NCBI RefSeq assembly: GCF_036321535.1
Contig: NC_087436.1
Coordinates: forward strand, 53,074,001-53,138,000
Reading direction: 5' to 3'
DNA length: 64,000 nucleotides
From: Camelus dromedarius
Lineage: Eukaryota
The notes under the pieces are model-generated. The model did not search any database. It was not told the origin of the DNA and saw nothing but the letters and a program-made list of their open reading frames with translations. Shown in pieces: positions 32,477 to 46,866 of this stretch. The translations under genes were made by a program, and so were the position numbers. How positions within the stretch are numbered: position 1 is the stretch's first letter; each line of letters starts with the position of its first letter.

Positions 32477-33099
32477 GTGAGTGAATGTCACTTCAATAAT
32501 CGGGTTTAAGGGATTAAAGGCAATTCTGTTTCATTGTGTTTGAAGTGGCAGATTTACAGCCCAGGAGGCTGTTTTTAGGAATGGGCATTTCGGAAGAATA
32601 AAGCAAAACCCCAACCAAATTATTAAGGAGCTGATTTTCTAGCCAAGCTTCCTTCTCTCCACACTCCTCAGTCCAGTGGCTGGCCTCTCCCCTTTGACCT
32701 TTCCAAATTGCCTGAGTGTTTTTCCCACAGTGAGTAGGAGGGATGTGAACCTTCGATCTGTCAGGTTAGCCTTGGATGAAGACTGGCAGGGGGAAGAAAT
32801 GAAAACCCGGTCTGGATTTTGTGGAATGAGCTTCGCTCTATTCCTGGCTGCCGCAGTGACAGAGGCACGTGCATCCTCGGGAGCACCGTCAATCAGGCTG
32901 CTCCTCAGGGCAGGGAGAGTCAAAGACTGACGTGTTCTTGTTAGGAGGTTTTCTCAAATCTGCAGAAAGGCTTCTTTCCCTCCACCACATCTTCCTCTTG
33001 AAGTTTCTTATACAAAGAGACCATATTTTTAAGCTCCTGTTTTTGTTTTCAGACAATCAGAATACTTTTTTCTTAGGCGAGGCCAGGGTCTTTAAGGTA

Positions 33100-33100
<1 letters not shown>

Positions 33101-33144
<44 letters not shown>
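33101..33144. repeat. (CA)22 microsatellite
   Basis: Perfect dinucleotide array in the predicted C4orf54 3'-UTR intron. Confidence 0.98.
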
Positions 33145-33145
<1 letters not shown>

Positions 33146-36100
33146 CATGACCACTACAAGGGGGGAAAATTCCAGAGCTTTGGTGGCTCCTTGGAAAGAG
33201 CTGCTGTGTTTGATCTAGTCTGTTCAGACGAATCCACTGTGCTCTACAGGGGCTCCTTTTCATATCTGCATTCTCTCCCTTTGGAAAGAATCAAATTCCC
33301 CTTGCTCCCTCTAAAGGGAATCAGATAGAGTAGTTTCCTGACACCTACCAAGTTAATCCAAATTCAGACAGGAATCCTTGCTGTAACCACACAGTCTGTG
33401 AAACTTGGCAGAAAAGGTGAGCTTGGCTTTCCCTGAACCAGACACTTCAGGTCAAACACATAAGACAGAAGCCACCTTCTGATACAGCAAAAAGCTGCCA
33501 GCACTGTGGGGACAAATTTGCGCCCTCATTCCCCTGTCCTCCTCAGAGCAGGGAGGACATCATTAATGCTTCTGGGGCTTTCACTCCTTGGCAAGATCAT
33601 AAGAACGGCGATAAAGGGGAGAGAAAATCTTTGCCTATAGGAAAGAAATAAACCATTCCTCCCTTGTCTGAACTGAAAAGCAGTAGAGGAACATCATTTC
33701 TTTGTGCAGTGGAAGAGTCTAAAATTAGGATGCAGAATCATTAGATTAGAGTCGCAGCGATTTCTCACCAGCTGTGTTCTTGGGCATGCATGACACTCAT
33801 GGGTCAATAATATCTACTCAAAATTTATCTGAACGCCAGATAACAGTGTATTGCAAAATTAAGGGATTGTTACTCTGCACTGTATTTACTGGACTGCAGG
33901 ACAACATTCAGCCACTGTTCAGAAATCCTTGGGTCTTTCTCTGAGCAATCAGGTGAAAGCATAAGTCTAATTTTACTTGCAGTCTAGTAGATGGTTGGAA
34001 TTCTTCCTTTCCAAGAATTTGCAACAAGCAAATGTGTGAATCACAAATAAAGAGGGCAGGGGAGGATTAAAGATAAATAATGTTCAGTGTAGAAAATTTT
34101 TTTTAAATGTATGTGGAAGAGGCTCAGAATTAGAGAATCAGTTTTGCAGAAGGAAAAGTGTAGCCTCGACACAAAAGCGTCTTCATCTTCTGGACAGGTA
34201 GGGTGTTTACCTAAGGCTATTTTGGAGCAGCTAATCCTGCGAGGCCTTTCTGTGAGCTGTGGAGGTGCAGAGCAAGGGGAAGGGAGGACAGGGCTCAGAG
34301 GAGGGAGGAACCGGGCACACACTCACATCGTTTCCCCTTGGCAGCTGCGTTTGGCCTTTCTCCTGTCGCTGAGCCTGGAGAGATTAGCCCTGGAGTTGTT
34401 TCCATCAGACACAGATACAAATCAGAGTTTTTCATATGGGAGATTTGAACAATGATCTCTCTGAAAGCTTTTCCCTTCTTCAACCTTTATTTTAGTCCAT
34501 AGCCCTCAAGACGGACAGAAAGGCAAAAGCTGGCTTCCTGATTTGACTGGTCAGGAACTAATTAGTAGCTTTTTGCATACAGGCAAAAATTCAATGACCC
34601 AAATTCAGATAATAGCTCAAATCTCCCTGCAAGTTCTGTGCCACCTTCCAAAGAAAAGCCAGATACATAAAAAAGATGTGTATAGTACTTTTCCTTATGT
34701 GGAAAAAAATTCCAACAGTGTTCAGATTCATCAAAAATTACATTGTACACACTCATTCATCAGTAGGTATTCATGCAGATGATCAGAGTGAGAAGTCTTG
34801 GAAGCTGGTTTCAGTTTAAGACTTCTTTTGAATACTAGACTTATTCCAGAGTTTTTCCTTGAGGTAAATAGGGTTTCATGTGCCCTTTTCAACTAAGAAG
34901 TCACATAAATGATTTGATCCAAGCACAGCATTTCACCAAGAAGACTGGGGCTTAGAAGGAGATGGTTTTGCTGAGGTCCCCAGGCAGTGAGACAGCCAGG
35001 CAGTCCCCGTGGGGCTGGCTCCCAGCTCCTGGACCAGGCCTTGTGCCCTGCAGGCCGCTGCTTGTTCCTTGGTAGGAGACAGGGAGCAAACGGAGGATGG
35101 CAGACGAGTGGAATGAGCTCTGACCTGGCAGCCAGAACACCTGAATCTGCTGTGCCTCTCCGGACATTTGTAAAATGAATGTCTGAAATGCAATAATTCC
35201 CTCATTCATTCTACAAACGTGAATTACGTGTTTACTGTCTGCCAGCCATGGTGTACTACTCTGTGGTGAGGCTATAAGCCCACATGTGACCTGGTACCGT
35301 CCCACAGGCCCAGAGCCTACACTCCAGCTGGAGGACACAGACCTGGACACACAGAACCGCAAAGCCAGTGTTCAAGGCCTGTGTTAACCTTTAACAATCC
35401 TTCCAGCTCCAATAATAAGCATTTCATCATCTGTTTTTAGCTGTACATTGTAACAGGGAGCCCTGCTTTCTCCCCCGTACAGATCCAAGCACAACCAGCT
35501 GCTGCTGCGCTCTGAGTATTCCGTTATGAGTCTCCCTCTAGTTTTGCTTCTGTAGCTGAGTCTTTCCCACTTCTTTTCTGCCTGTGGTCAAAGCTGCAGT
35601 CCTCCTCAAACTTTGCCAGGTCACAACGCCCCTCAGAAGATAATTAGAACATTATTTATGTTCTTTTTCCTTTAGTAAGGACATCACACATTATGAGGAA
35701 TGGACGAGGCTGTTCACAGCCAGTGGCCCAGTGGCTAGAGAGTCACAACAGGAACCCGTCTGCCACACACCAGTATGCTAGGCTCACCAGTCTAAACTTC
35801 ACTATTTCCTCTTTTTTTTTGTTAGGCCTTTTGTGTTTTAGGCCTTTGTCGTTTGTTGATTTTTGTTTTGAAAGTCACTTCTCCCCAGGATCTTTGATGC
35901 CCTTTCTGGTGAGATGGTTTCGGTTTGGGTTTTCTGCCGCCTGGGGCAGGTAGCTGACTTGTTCCCTCTCCTGCTTCTTCCTGCCCACCCACTTAGATGC
36001 CATATTTATTTTAAAATTTTATTTGAAACTTGCTACTAAATGCCATTTACAAAGGCATACAGATAAATATGTAGCAATAGCAGCAGAAGACTTTCACTGG

Positions 36101-37794
36101 CACCATGCCTGCTACCCGGAGGGTATTGCAATTATTTTGTTTCATTTGAATGTGGTTTTTTTCAGTAAAACTTAACCCATTTTCTTCTCCTTTTCTGAGT
36201 GTGCTTTATGCCGTTTCTACATTGTTAGTCCTTCTTTCCTCCCTACTTCCTCAGAGTTATTTCTACCCCTTAAGCATAACCCACACATCTGAAGGAGAAA
36301 GAGAAACGGGGCTGGATTCAGGGGGAGCTATTTTTGTAGAGTTTTCTAAGGGGGTCTCAAAGGATCCTTAGATTATCAAACCATGTCCCACAATGTTAAA
36401 ATTGCAGAAGGAAATTGAGGCTCAGAGAGGTTAAGTGACCCCTCTTAAGTCACAGCGTCCCTTTGGGGCAGAGTTGGGATCAAAATCTGAATTATCGCCA
36501 GACCAGAGTCTACTTTCTATTTGCTTCCTTCTTACTGCTGCCCAGTCCCTTTCTCTTTGTCCTGCCAGGACCGCTCTCCTTTGGTGGTCCTCCTTCCTGG
36601 AATCGGGCCCATGAGCTTATGTCTCCTTCTTTCTTCTCTTGCCATTTATTTGAGAATTTATTTTCTGTTCTCTGTTTTGTGTTTTTTATTTTAAATTCCC
36701 TATTGTGGCTTCTCCTTCCCATTCACTTGACTGTTGATGTAGTTCAGTGCCCCACCTTGCTTGTTCTCTTCTCCTCCCTTTTTGCTTGAGCTTTGCTGTT
36801 ATCACAGGCTGGACAACCTCAAGGGTGGACTGGGGGTGGGGGGGACTGCGGCTCCCTCACCTGCACATTCTCCCCACCTGTGCCTGAGGCCAGGCCGTGG
36901 GGCTGCAGGCTGCAAGCTCCACATTTCCTTTTCAGCTCACATTGTATTACATTTCTGAAGCAATTCACTTATTTGTAATTTTTTTCCCCTAACTTGATTG
37001 TGGCTTCCTCTCCCAATTATTATATAGAGCTACTGTTCTATTTTATTATCTTCCTCATGTCTTTTTCATCGTTTCTTTTCTCCGTTTCTCTTTTCTTGGA
37101 TTGCAGCTTTCCCCATTTTTATTATTTTGTGCCTTTCTCCACAATTTTAATGCCTGTATATTTTCTTCTTGACCCTCTATAAAATTAATAAAAAATGAAA
37201 AGTAATAGCTAATGTGTATTAATCATTTATTATTATTTAGAAGATTTAATATCATTTATTACTTATGAAGATTTAACATCATGCTACCTGATCCTTTAAA
37301 CCACTGGGTACTATTCTTATCCTTAATTGACAAATGAAAAAAGAACTTGTCCCAGATCAATAGATCAACTGAAATACAGGCCCTTCAAGTTCGGTGGCCC
37401 GTGCTCTGAGATGACCCCTGGTTTGCACACTTTCTCCCTCTCTGCCCTCCTCGTCTTAGTTCCTTGTTGTGAATTGTCGCTCTTCCCTTATTTGGAAAAA
37501 GATTAAGACACTGACCCTGGATCTGGTGGTCTAGTATATACTAAGCTTCTATGTGTGTTTTTCTTTTGATTAAAAAATTAGCTCTCCTTAGTCATTAAAA
37601 CATCGTATGCCCCAAAGAGAAAGTTTCCTCACTTCTAGGGGCCGTGGCTCCCAGTGTGTGTGTGTGTTGGGGGGGGAGGGGTAGGCAGGTGGTGGGATGT
37701 CACCTGAGAGTGGGATCTCCCCACTGGATGCCAATGGGTTCATACATTGCAGTTGAAGGAGAGCTGAGTAGCTTTGCCCAAAGTCCAGATACGT

Positions 37795-37980
37795 GCACCT
37801 TGGAGTCAGGCAGCCTCAGCTCAAAATCTTACTCCTCTGGACAAGTGACCTGCCCTCTCTAGACCTCAGTTTCCTCAACTGTAAAATGGGGATACCTTGC
37901 AGGAGTGTTGTGAAAATTGAATTGTATAATCACTGCAAAAGACATATCACACAGTCCACGGCATGGACTAAGAGTTCAGT
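37795..37980 (+). mobile_element. MIR SINE (one of many MIR relics, e.g. ~7690-7860, 14025-14450, 24930-25375, 49740-49960)
   Basis: TGGAGTCAG...CCTCAGTTTCCTCAACTGTAAAATGGGGATA core. Confidence 0.75.
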
Positions 37981-40900
37981 CTCCCTTGGAGACTAGAACC
38001 TTATAAATGCCTCACAAGCCCCTGTTCTCTTAGGGGCCTCCCCCAGGGCAGAAAGTCAGCTCTTATTCATGCAGACACTCAGGGCAACACCAGGGGCTCA
38101 TACGCAAGACTGCTTGATATTTCCCCAAGCCAGGCCATGCCCACAGCTCTGCAGTCCCCTTGGCGCTGCCTGATCCCTTGGGACAGGCCAGTTGGCTGTG
38201 GCCAGGGGACTCTAGTATCCCCTACAGCTTTCCAGCACATTATACAGCTCTGGGTACAGTTTGCCAGCTGCATGTCGTGATTTTCCTCTCTGTCTGGGCG
38301 CAGGCCTGTGTGAAGCAAGGGAAAATCTGACCCAGCATCCCCGCTGAACTCTGTCATGTGTTCTGGTCCTAAAATCATGGGACACCATCCAAGCCAAACT
38401 GCCTGGTGCCACAGTGCGGTCACTATCTCGTCTTCACAGACTTCTTCATGACCCTCTGATAGGTTAAATTGGCTGTTTTTATTATTTTATTCTTAAGAGG
38501 AATTGGAGCAACTTCATTACTTTCAAGATTTCAAACAAAATTCCTCTGAAGTGAATATAAGCTGAAGCAATATCCTGTGAATGAATGAAAAGGCCATATC
38601 TAGACTATGGGCCCTTAAAAAGGGGCCAGCGGTTTATAGAAGTAGATTTCTCCTCTGAATCTCAGACTGCTCCCCCATCCTGTAGTGTTCCCCGTCTCCC
38701 CCTCTCTCTTTCTCCCCTCTCTCTGTGCTGCCTCTGCTAAAGGAGTCTTTGCAAACCTTGCTTCATGATGGGACTCAGCCTGAGTTGTGGTTAGATCCTT
38801 GGATCATCACTGAAATTATTCTTCTTGGCCATATATTGTCTTCTCCTCCGCTTGCAGTTATATTTTCTTTTCCTGTTGCTGCTCTGTGTCTCATAAGGTA
38901 GAAAAACTTAAGTTTAGCAAATGAGAAGTTTCCAAACCCACAACAGTCCCTTTTGTCTTGAAAGTCATGTCTTGATATAAAATACAAAAGAGTAAAATCA
39001 ACAAATTTGAAGTATATATATATATATATATATATGAGCTATAAATCCATAATGAGACTTATAGACTTCTTTTTTCTTAAGCATGTGTTTAACACAGGCC
39101 AGTTTCTAGATGGCAGGATTAAAATAGCCTTTGCCACATGACTCTGATTGCATATAATTGATTAGATAGCTGTTATTTGAAACTTCTTGGAGGTTATTTT
39201 TCACATGATAGAGCCCTCTTAATCCTTAACAAATATTACCTGTAGGTCACTCTATTTCTGTCTCCATGATATTAAGTTCAAATACCAACTCCCAAATGTT
39301 AATTTTAAAAGTTCTTTAGGCAAAATCCTGATAGATAAACTATACTTAGAGAGTGATTAATAGAAAGAAAGGGCTAATTTTCAGTAAGCTTTTGAACATG
39401 TGAGTGCTTGTCTTCGAATGGATCTAACTAAATTATAGGCTCTAACCAGTATATCTCATTTTAAACAAAATGCACAGTATGAAATTCCACATAATTTAGA
39501 CAGTGATCATTCATTTTACAAGGATTCTCAGGATAGAGTTCATTCATTTAACAAGATTAATAAGTTACAGTAAATTTCAAATGTTTCAATTTAGTTTAAA
39601 TATTTCTGCATTATATTATATGTCATACTATTTTATCTCTGTTATGGATGATTTCAGTGAAACTAAATCTTTAACACTAAAATCATTTTTGAATGGTTGA
39701 CTGCATTGAATTCATGTTTCAAAGAGAGCAATTTTTTGAAGTCAGTATGATGTCCAGTAGGTTGAGAAACACATTTACCAAACGCATTTTAAAATGTGAA
39801 CTTCATCATTATTAACATGGAAAATAACTAAATAGGTAAATAAAATGTATTTTCACATTTTTCTTGCTTCTTTAAGAGCGAGATTTACTTTTAGAAATAA
39901 CAATCTTTTCTTTGATTATGTTTGTTTATAGGAGCAAGACAGAAAGATGGACAAGTCTTCCTGTATCTGAAGGTTGCATTATAACAGCACAAAGAATTCA
40001 TCTGAAAAACGTCCTCTACATGTGTTATTCTTAGTTTTTGCTTCTTATAAACCAAGTGTGTAAGTTTCTATATTTTTCTGAATAACCTTGTTAAGACAGT
40101 TTGTGTTATTTTAGTTTTACTAAGCTGATTGGTTGAATTTTTTTTTTCTGTGTAAAACTATTTCTTTTTATACTTTAATACAGGATATAAGCCTTCTGGT
40201 CATCTTTTCCCCCCTGCATTTGTGCTAGGCAAACAATCTCTCAAGTGTTCTCATAGTTCAGTCAAAACATACAACAGAATAGGACTGGTTCTGCTGTAAA
40301 CCAAACCAGCAAATCAGTCATTTGGATCACACATCTTCTTATAGATTCTTGGAGTAGAGCAGGACTAGCCGGCAGAGTTGTAGCACTTGTTTGGATTTAA
40401 ATATGATGAGTCTGCATTTTGAATCCTATACCATCCACGCCTGGTCATTCTCTTGGTTGTGTTTTGTATGTTCTTTTCTTGGGTTCAGCATGATTTCAAA
40501 TGTGATTGTGAAAAACAGTGGTTTTAACTTTTGTGCCTTGTTTTAACTTTCCCATTTGTACAATGCCATGAGACTATTTGTTGCCTTAAGATAGAACGGC
40601 TTGAAATACAGGAGAGCCAGTGATTGCATTTAAAATGATGAAATTCTTAGTCTCGGAAAGGCATAAAATACCTATTTCCCTATAGGAATCCAACCTTTGT
40701 TATGAGTGTATAGCATTATTTTTCTTCTTCAATGATTCCCACCATAGTTGCATATGCCTGTCTCTCACGGATTGTTTGGAGTCTGAAGAGTGACCCGTTT
40801 GGGGCAGTGGAGTGGAATGTAAGCTCTGATTCGGTGGCTCCGATTCTCTCCAGCCATAGCCATTCCGATAGCAATGACCCAGGATTGTATCACTTGCTCC

Positions 40901-42580
40901 TTATGGTTTTAAGAGATGTTGAGAATCCAAGTCATAGAATCTTTCATCGACATTCAATACTGCCTCAGGGGTAGCCCAATTCTGAAGGTTCTTTTAGTGA
41001 GTGTTCACCGTGAGTTTTAAAGAGTTGACTGAATAGTTAAATTTTTAGCTTGTCATGATTAATAAGTGAGTCTATATATATTCAACAAATGTTACATTGG
41101 AATTATTTCTTACTTTTTGAAAGAATAACTTGAAGATTCTCCCAGGCATTCTTTAAGGAATCTCCTCTTATTTATTTATTTGTTCAAAGATAAACCATTA
41201 TGATCATTTTTTAAGCTTTATTTTGATTTTAATGGTCATCAATATTGGTTTCTGCTTAAAATTGCTTCGTGAAGCCACAGTATTTTAGACTATTCATGAC
41301 TGAGGTATGAGTAAAAACTGAGTCTGATTTTTGTATGCTTTATGTAACCTGATTACTTTGTAGTTAAGCTCTCCATTGCAGACTCTTAAAAAACCGAAAA
41401 CTCAATTTCACATTCAGGGCCTTCCTTAAAGAGTCCTTACTCTAAAAAGAAGTTCTGTTGGGTAAAAGGCAGCGTTTGAGGCAGAAACAGTCAGCTCTGG
41501 CCACAATTCAATCAATTGTTGGGCTGATGAACTATGAAATGAAGTGGATAGCCTCTGTGAGATGTGGAACATAAAGTCTGAAATAGTCACTGTGTTTGGA
41601 AAAGATGCCCTTGCGCCATATTGGGGAAGGTGTGACTCCTTTGTCACAGAGGTCTTCTTACCCAAGTACACAAACAGATTCACCCCAGAGCTTACTTAAT
41701 TTCCCACCACGGGGAAACTTCTCTGACAGCATCGGCCCTTCCTCATGTTCAGTAGAGATTGGCTAGGTATGAAATCACCCAGTGTTGAAACAAGAAAGTA
41801 GAATCCATCAAAGATCTCAAACCTACAATACTCACAGTGGCACCATGAGATCTCAAATATTTGAACACATCTGGTGAAACTTATATAGGATTTGGGTAGA
41901 TAGAACTAAAATTGATAAGATTGTTTAAAAACTATGTGTGACTTTAGGAGAACCCAGCAGTCATGTTGAATTGTCAACTACTTGTCAGGTCTTCGTAAAG
42001 AGAGACATCTCCTTTCCTAGAACACATGGTAGAGTTCTTACCGACCAAGGGTCCAGGGACCCTGGAAGCTACTTATCATTAGAATCACCAGCAGATCTGA
42101 GCCTTATTCTCACACTGAGGTAGACTAGAACTAAGGAAAGAAAGGAGAACTTCTCATTTGCTGGTTCTATCAGCGAGGCCACATCCTCTGAGAAGCTGCT
42201 ACGGATGTAGTAAATGTCCAGATGGTTCAAAATGTAACTTTACAGTGAGTCTGTGAGCACTATATTATCTGCTGATAATTTTATGGTTCTCTATTTCATC
42301 AAACCATATAAAGCCAAACCAAAGCTGCCAGGCCATTTCCTACCTCAAATGATTGGGAAGAACATTTTTAAAGACGTGAGGTAAATTGAAATTCTCATTT
42401 TCATTGTTTTATTATTTCTTGAGAGGTTGCATTGATATTTGTATGAAGTCGTTGTGCCCTTCCTTGTTTAACCAAAGTCAAGTGGACTAAAACAAGAGTC
42501 TAGGAAGCCCTCCAACCAGTAAAACTCTTACCCTAACAATGTGCCTTTAGCTGCTCAGCTACCCTCTTGTGTTTCATGCC

Positions 42581-43741
42581 CACAAAACCATTAATAAGGC
42601 AGGTAGCATTTCCTGAACAGTGCCTGGAGCTCGAATCTAATCAGAATTGCAGAGCCAGGCTTTTGCCTTTTCCTCTCGGGGTTACATTGGTGACTCAGTT
42701 TTCCAGATGAACTGCAGGGCACTGTGGGTAGAAATCTCAGCCCATTTCCTCTTTTTTCCCTGTTGGTTAAATGGTCAGGTTGAAACATGCTCCATTTGAA
42801 CTGTTTCTGGAAAACCAAACCCATTTGTAACCAGTATGAAAATTTAATTCACCAGAATGTATTTTCTTAAAAAGCACTCACTGAAATTGCCCTCATGATT
42901 TAATGAAGCCCAGATACGCAGTTAGAGACTTAACCCATAGGCTCTCTGGATGTCTGTCTGTGTCTCTGGATGTCTGTCTGTATACGGCACTCTAGCTATA
43001 TTGAGTAGATAAGCTAAAGCAAATTACACTTTGACATCTTTATGGTAAATCTTAAATGCTAACACACATTTCAAATTCATCCTTACATCACTAGGAAATC
43101 AGATTTGATTTCATCATTCTTGCCTCTTAAAGAGATCTAACGCATTTTAATTATTTTCATATTTCATAGAAATGAAAGTCTGTGTTTGCTACAAATTGAA
43201 TGCTCATGCTACCTGAAATAATACTTTGGACTGCAGGACAGTATTGATTCTTAAGTAGATTGACTATAATCTCATGATAAATATATATATATATGTGCAT
43301 GAGAAAACATATTCAATAATAGTCTCTGTGTTTTAAAACTATCACAGTATACATTTTCCTATGTGGTGCTTGAAGAGTTTCATTCTACAGTTTACAAGGT
43401 GTAGGTTTGCACCCCAAATTCTCAGGGTATGCTATTTTACCCAAATACTTGAAAGAAAAAGGTGCCCTGTATTTTATCAGTACTGTTGAGAGGGAAAATT
43501 ATGTGTAGGTTTGTTTTAGAAAACTACTTATAAAAATCAAATTCACAAAATATGTTAGGCTTTTACATAATTCCTAAAGAGATATACATATAGATATGAT
43601 ACATATTTTCAGGAAACTGTTTATATATTCTTAACTAACTTCTGGGTCCTAAGTAGACCTCACAGGTGCATAAAATCATTAATAAAGCATGTAGCATTTG
43701 CTAAATTGTACCTTGAGCTTGAATCTAATCAGAATTGCAGA
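42581..43741 (+). repeat. Dispersed ~73-nt direct repeat pair (42581-42653 and 43669-43741)
   Basis: Ungapped hand alignment 62/73 identical, with an identical 21-nt core GAATCTAATCAGAATTGCAGA. Confidence 0.85.
42943..42982. repeat. 20-bp tandem duplication
   Basis: TCTCTGGATGTCTGTCTGTG / TCTCTGGATGTCTGTCTGTA. Confidence 0.9.
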
Positions 43742-45749
43742 CTCTGGTCTTCTAGGGGAAAAAAAAAAAACAAAAACACATTGTATGCCCCATGTCTCAG
43801 AAGACAACTGAACGTTCACAGCAGTATTTGTAAGCTGTTAACATTCTTGTCTCATGTTGCAAACTAGAGCATATTATTAGATGTATTCCAATTTGATTCA
43901 TAATGGTGCAGAATAAAACACACACACAACACATCTAATTTGATTTCTTTTTTTAAGTTTCATAATTGCTTTTTATAAGCTAGTGTTAATAGCAAAATGT
44001 CCTTTCCAGGGCCCCCTGAAATTACTTGTCATACCTATACCCTTTTTCTAGCAGGTAGTCTTTTTCTCCCCCTTTAAAGATGTAGGTTTCTTTATCTACA
44101 TTGAAATCATCTTATTGTACAGTAAAGACAGTGGTGGTTGAAAAGAATGTGAAGACTGAGGAAGTTATGTCCCAAACAGAGGAGAGTCAATTGTGTGGTA
44201 AATGGAGAAAGACATTGGATAATGCTGAATTATACCCCTGACTATGAAAAAAGCCAGGGGTAAATGGAAAGAATGTGAAAATTTAAACTGCTCTCAAGGT
44301 AGAAATCTTGGCGGAGGAGTTCCTACCTGAGGTCTGATGTGATTCACTTGTGGAATGCAGTGAGCATGGCCGACGGCGCTGTGAACCCAGCCCGACAGCT
44401 CTGAGGGTCACTTCATCGGTGTCTCGCACGTGGAGAAAACTACGTAGACAAGGACTCTGTGAGATTAGCCTACTTACTTTAATTGCCAGCATTTGTAAGT
44501 GATTGTGCAATCTTGTGTAATGGTCTTTCATTTTGACTCTTTTGGAAAAAAAAATTGTTGTGTTGTTGTTTTTCCAGTAAACATAAATGCAAAGAAACCA
44601 AGCATTGCTTGTCTTTATTTTAACTCAGAAACAAGCTTCAGACATTTTCATTTTCTTCTGTCTTCTAATTTAAATCCTTCATTTGACTAAAATACCCTAT
44701 TACAGTGTTTCGCATCCAGGTTGCGTTAGTTTTCTCTTACTGTGATAACTACAAACTTGGTGGCTTAAGAGAGTACAAATTTATTCTCTTACAGTTCTGG
44801 AGGTCAGAGTCTGGTACGGTCTTTCCCTGTACCCAGAGTGTGTCACCTGACGGACCAGACTGCTGGCATTATTAAGTAGCATTTGAGGGGCACCTACCAA
44901 CGTGTGTGATGCTCCACTGACACCCAGAAGCAATCTGGACAACAAGTGTCCCTGAGGGTCCATGCTGAGGCCCGCAAAAGTCACTGTGGTCATCCCCTTC
45001 AAAACCTAAATATGTGAGGCACACATTCGGGGACCCCCTGCACAGGGAGGATCAGTGCTGTCACATGTCAACCACTAGTCAACTGAAGTCACTAAAACCT
45101 TAAGATTAAAGCCCCCCAAAGACTTGAACCCGCACTTTACAAAGACGTACATCCTAGATTCCTCACATTTGTCCAGGGTCGGGGGTTGTAGGGCAAGAAA
45201 GAAAATTGAGGGCAGTTCCAGGCCTTGTATTTTCCTGACTGGCCTCCAGCTCTTGTTTCCAGTTAATTCTGAAATTCCATCTTCTGTTTTGCCTCAAATG
45301 TGCACTGGTTTACTCTGCATTGTGTGACCTCACAGGCTTCACTGCGGAACACCCGTCCTACGCTGAGTATTCCTGACTCGAGAACATAGGTGTGTGGCAG
45401 GGGTTTTGCCGAAGGCTTAGGACACATTTGATGGAGATGAGCAGGTGCTCCATCCCACGGCAGCCAGCTGCATTAGCAAACATCTTAAACCTGAACCCTG
45501 GCGTCCCCATCCTATACAGCCCCGTGCCGTCTCTGGCACTAGATAATTTCACTGGCTGTTGAGCTCACTTGTGCTTTAGTCATCCTCCCAATTGCTAGAG
45601 CCCTCTCCCTCTCTTCATCCTCTGCCTCCTCGGCTCCTAAGCCTCCTGACTCAGAATCCTCTAATTTCCTATTATTTCTTATATAGAGCAATTTAACCAC
45701 CTAATGAAGCCCTGCTAAAGCAGATCACCTATGCTAGATCCAAAACCAT

Positions 45750-46240
45750 TGTTCTAGTTGTATATTGCTGAGTAACAATCTACCTCCAAATTTAATGGCT
45801 TAAAAAAAACATCTGTTTAGGGAAAAAAATCTGTTTAGCACATGAATCTGCAGTTGGGCAGGGCTCAGCATGGAAGGTTTGGCTCTGCTCGATTTCCAGG
45901 GAAAGTCTGTCTCCAAGATGGCTCACTCACATGGCTAGAAAGCTGATGCCCACTGTCAGCCTGGAGTCAGCTGGAGCCAGCAGAGGGCCTCAGTTCCTCT
46001 TCAGCCGGGCCTCTCCACAGGCTGCTTGGGCTTCCTGAACACATGGTGGCTGGGTTCCAACAATGAGTATCTCAAGAGGCAGGAAGCAGACACCGCCCAT
46101 TTCTTAAGGTCTAGTACAGAAAGTGACACAGTGTCACTCTCACCACACTCTGTTTGACAAGAAACCGCAGAACCCAGACTCAGTGGGCAGTCTCCCATCA
46201 GGAAGGATATCTAATTCAGGGATGTGTTTTAAACCACCAT
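45750..46240 (-). mobile_element. MLT1 (MaLR) solo LTR
   Basis: TATTGCTGAGTAACAA...TGGCTTAAAA...TCCAAGATGGCTCACTCACATGGCT...GGGCCTCAGTTCCTC. Confidence 0.8.
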
Positions 46241-46294
46241 CCTCATCAAGGAATGTTTTCAAACAGATATTCTTCCTTAAGATTATATATACAT

Positions 46295-46866
46295 ATATAT
46301 TTGAAGTATAGTTGTACAATATTATATGTTACAGGTGTACAATATAATGATTCACAATTTTAAAAGGTTATGCTCCATTTATAATTATTATAAAATATGG
46401 ACTATATTCCCCAAGTTGTACAATATATCCTTGTAGCTTATTTTATACAAAATAGTTTGTATCTCTTACTCCCTTCCCCCCTTCCCTCTCCCCACTGTAA
46501 CCGTTAGTTTGTTCTCTATATCTGTGAGTCTGCTTCTTTTCTGTTATATTCACTAGTTTGTTGTATATTTTAGGTTCCACATGTAAATGATACCATACAG
46601 TATTTGTCTTTCTCTGACTTATTTCACTTGGCATAATGCCCTCCAAGTCTACCGATGTTGCTGCAAATGGCAAAATTTCATTCTTTTTATGGCTGAGTAG
46701 TACTCCTTTATATTTATATACCATGTATTCTTTATCCAGTCATCTGTTGATGGACACTTAGGTTATTTCCATATTTTGGCTATTGTAAATAATGCTGCTA
46801 TGGACATTGGGGTGCATGTATCGCTTCAAATTAGTTTTTTTGTTTCTTTCAGAAATACACCCAGGG
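46295..46866 (-). mobile_element. L1 3' region (~570 bp)
   Basis: TTGAAGTATAGTTG...TATTTGTCTTTCTCTGACTTATTTCACTT...TTTATCCAGTCATCTGTTGATGGACACTTAGG, typical antisense L1 3' sequence. Confidence 0.9.

Larger units (their letters stand above)
39932..44600 (+). other. C4orf54: Candidate terminal 3'-UTR exon of C4orf54
   Basis: Acceptor TTTTCTTTGATTATGTTTGTTTATAG|G (AG at 39930-39931), followed by ~4.7 kb of AT-rich sequence with no recognisable transposons. Poly(A) signal candidates: AATAAA 43681 and 43912, AGTAAA/CATAAA 44576-44587 with a U-rich downstream tract. Repeats resume after ~44720. Confidence 0.5.

Noticed and set aside
46443..46724. 93-aa ORF (KKNEILPFAAT...LEGIMPSEISQ)
   Set aside because: Degenerate remnant of the L1 ORF2 C-terminus, not a host gene.
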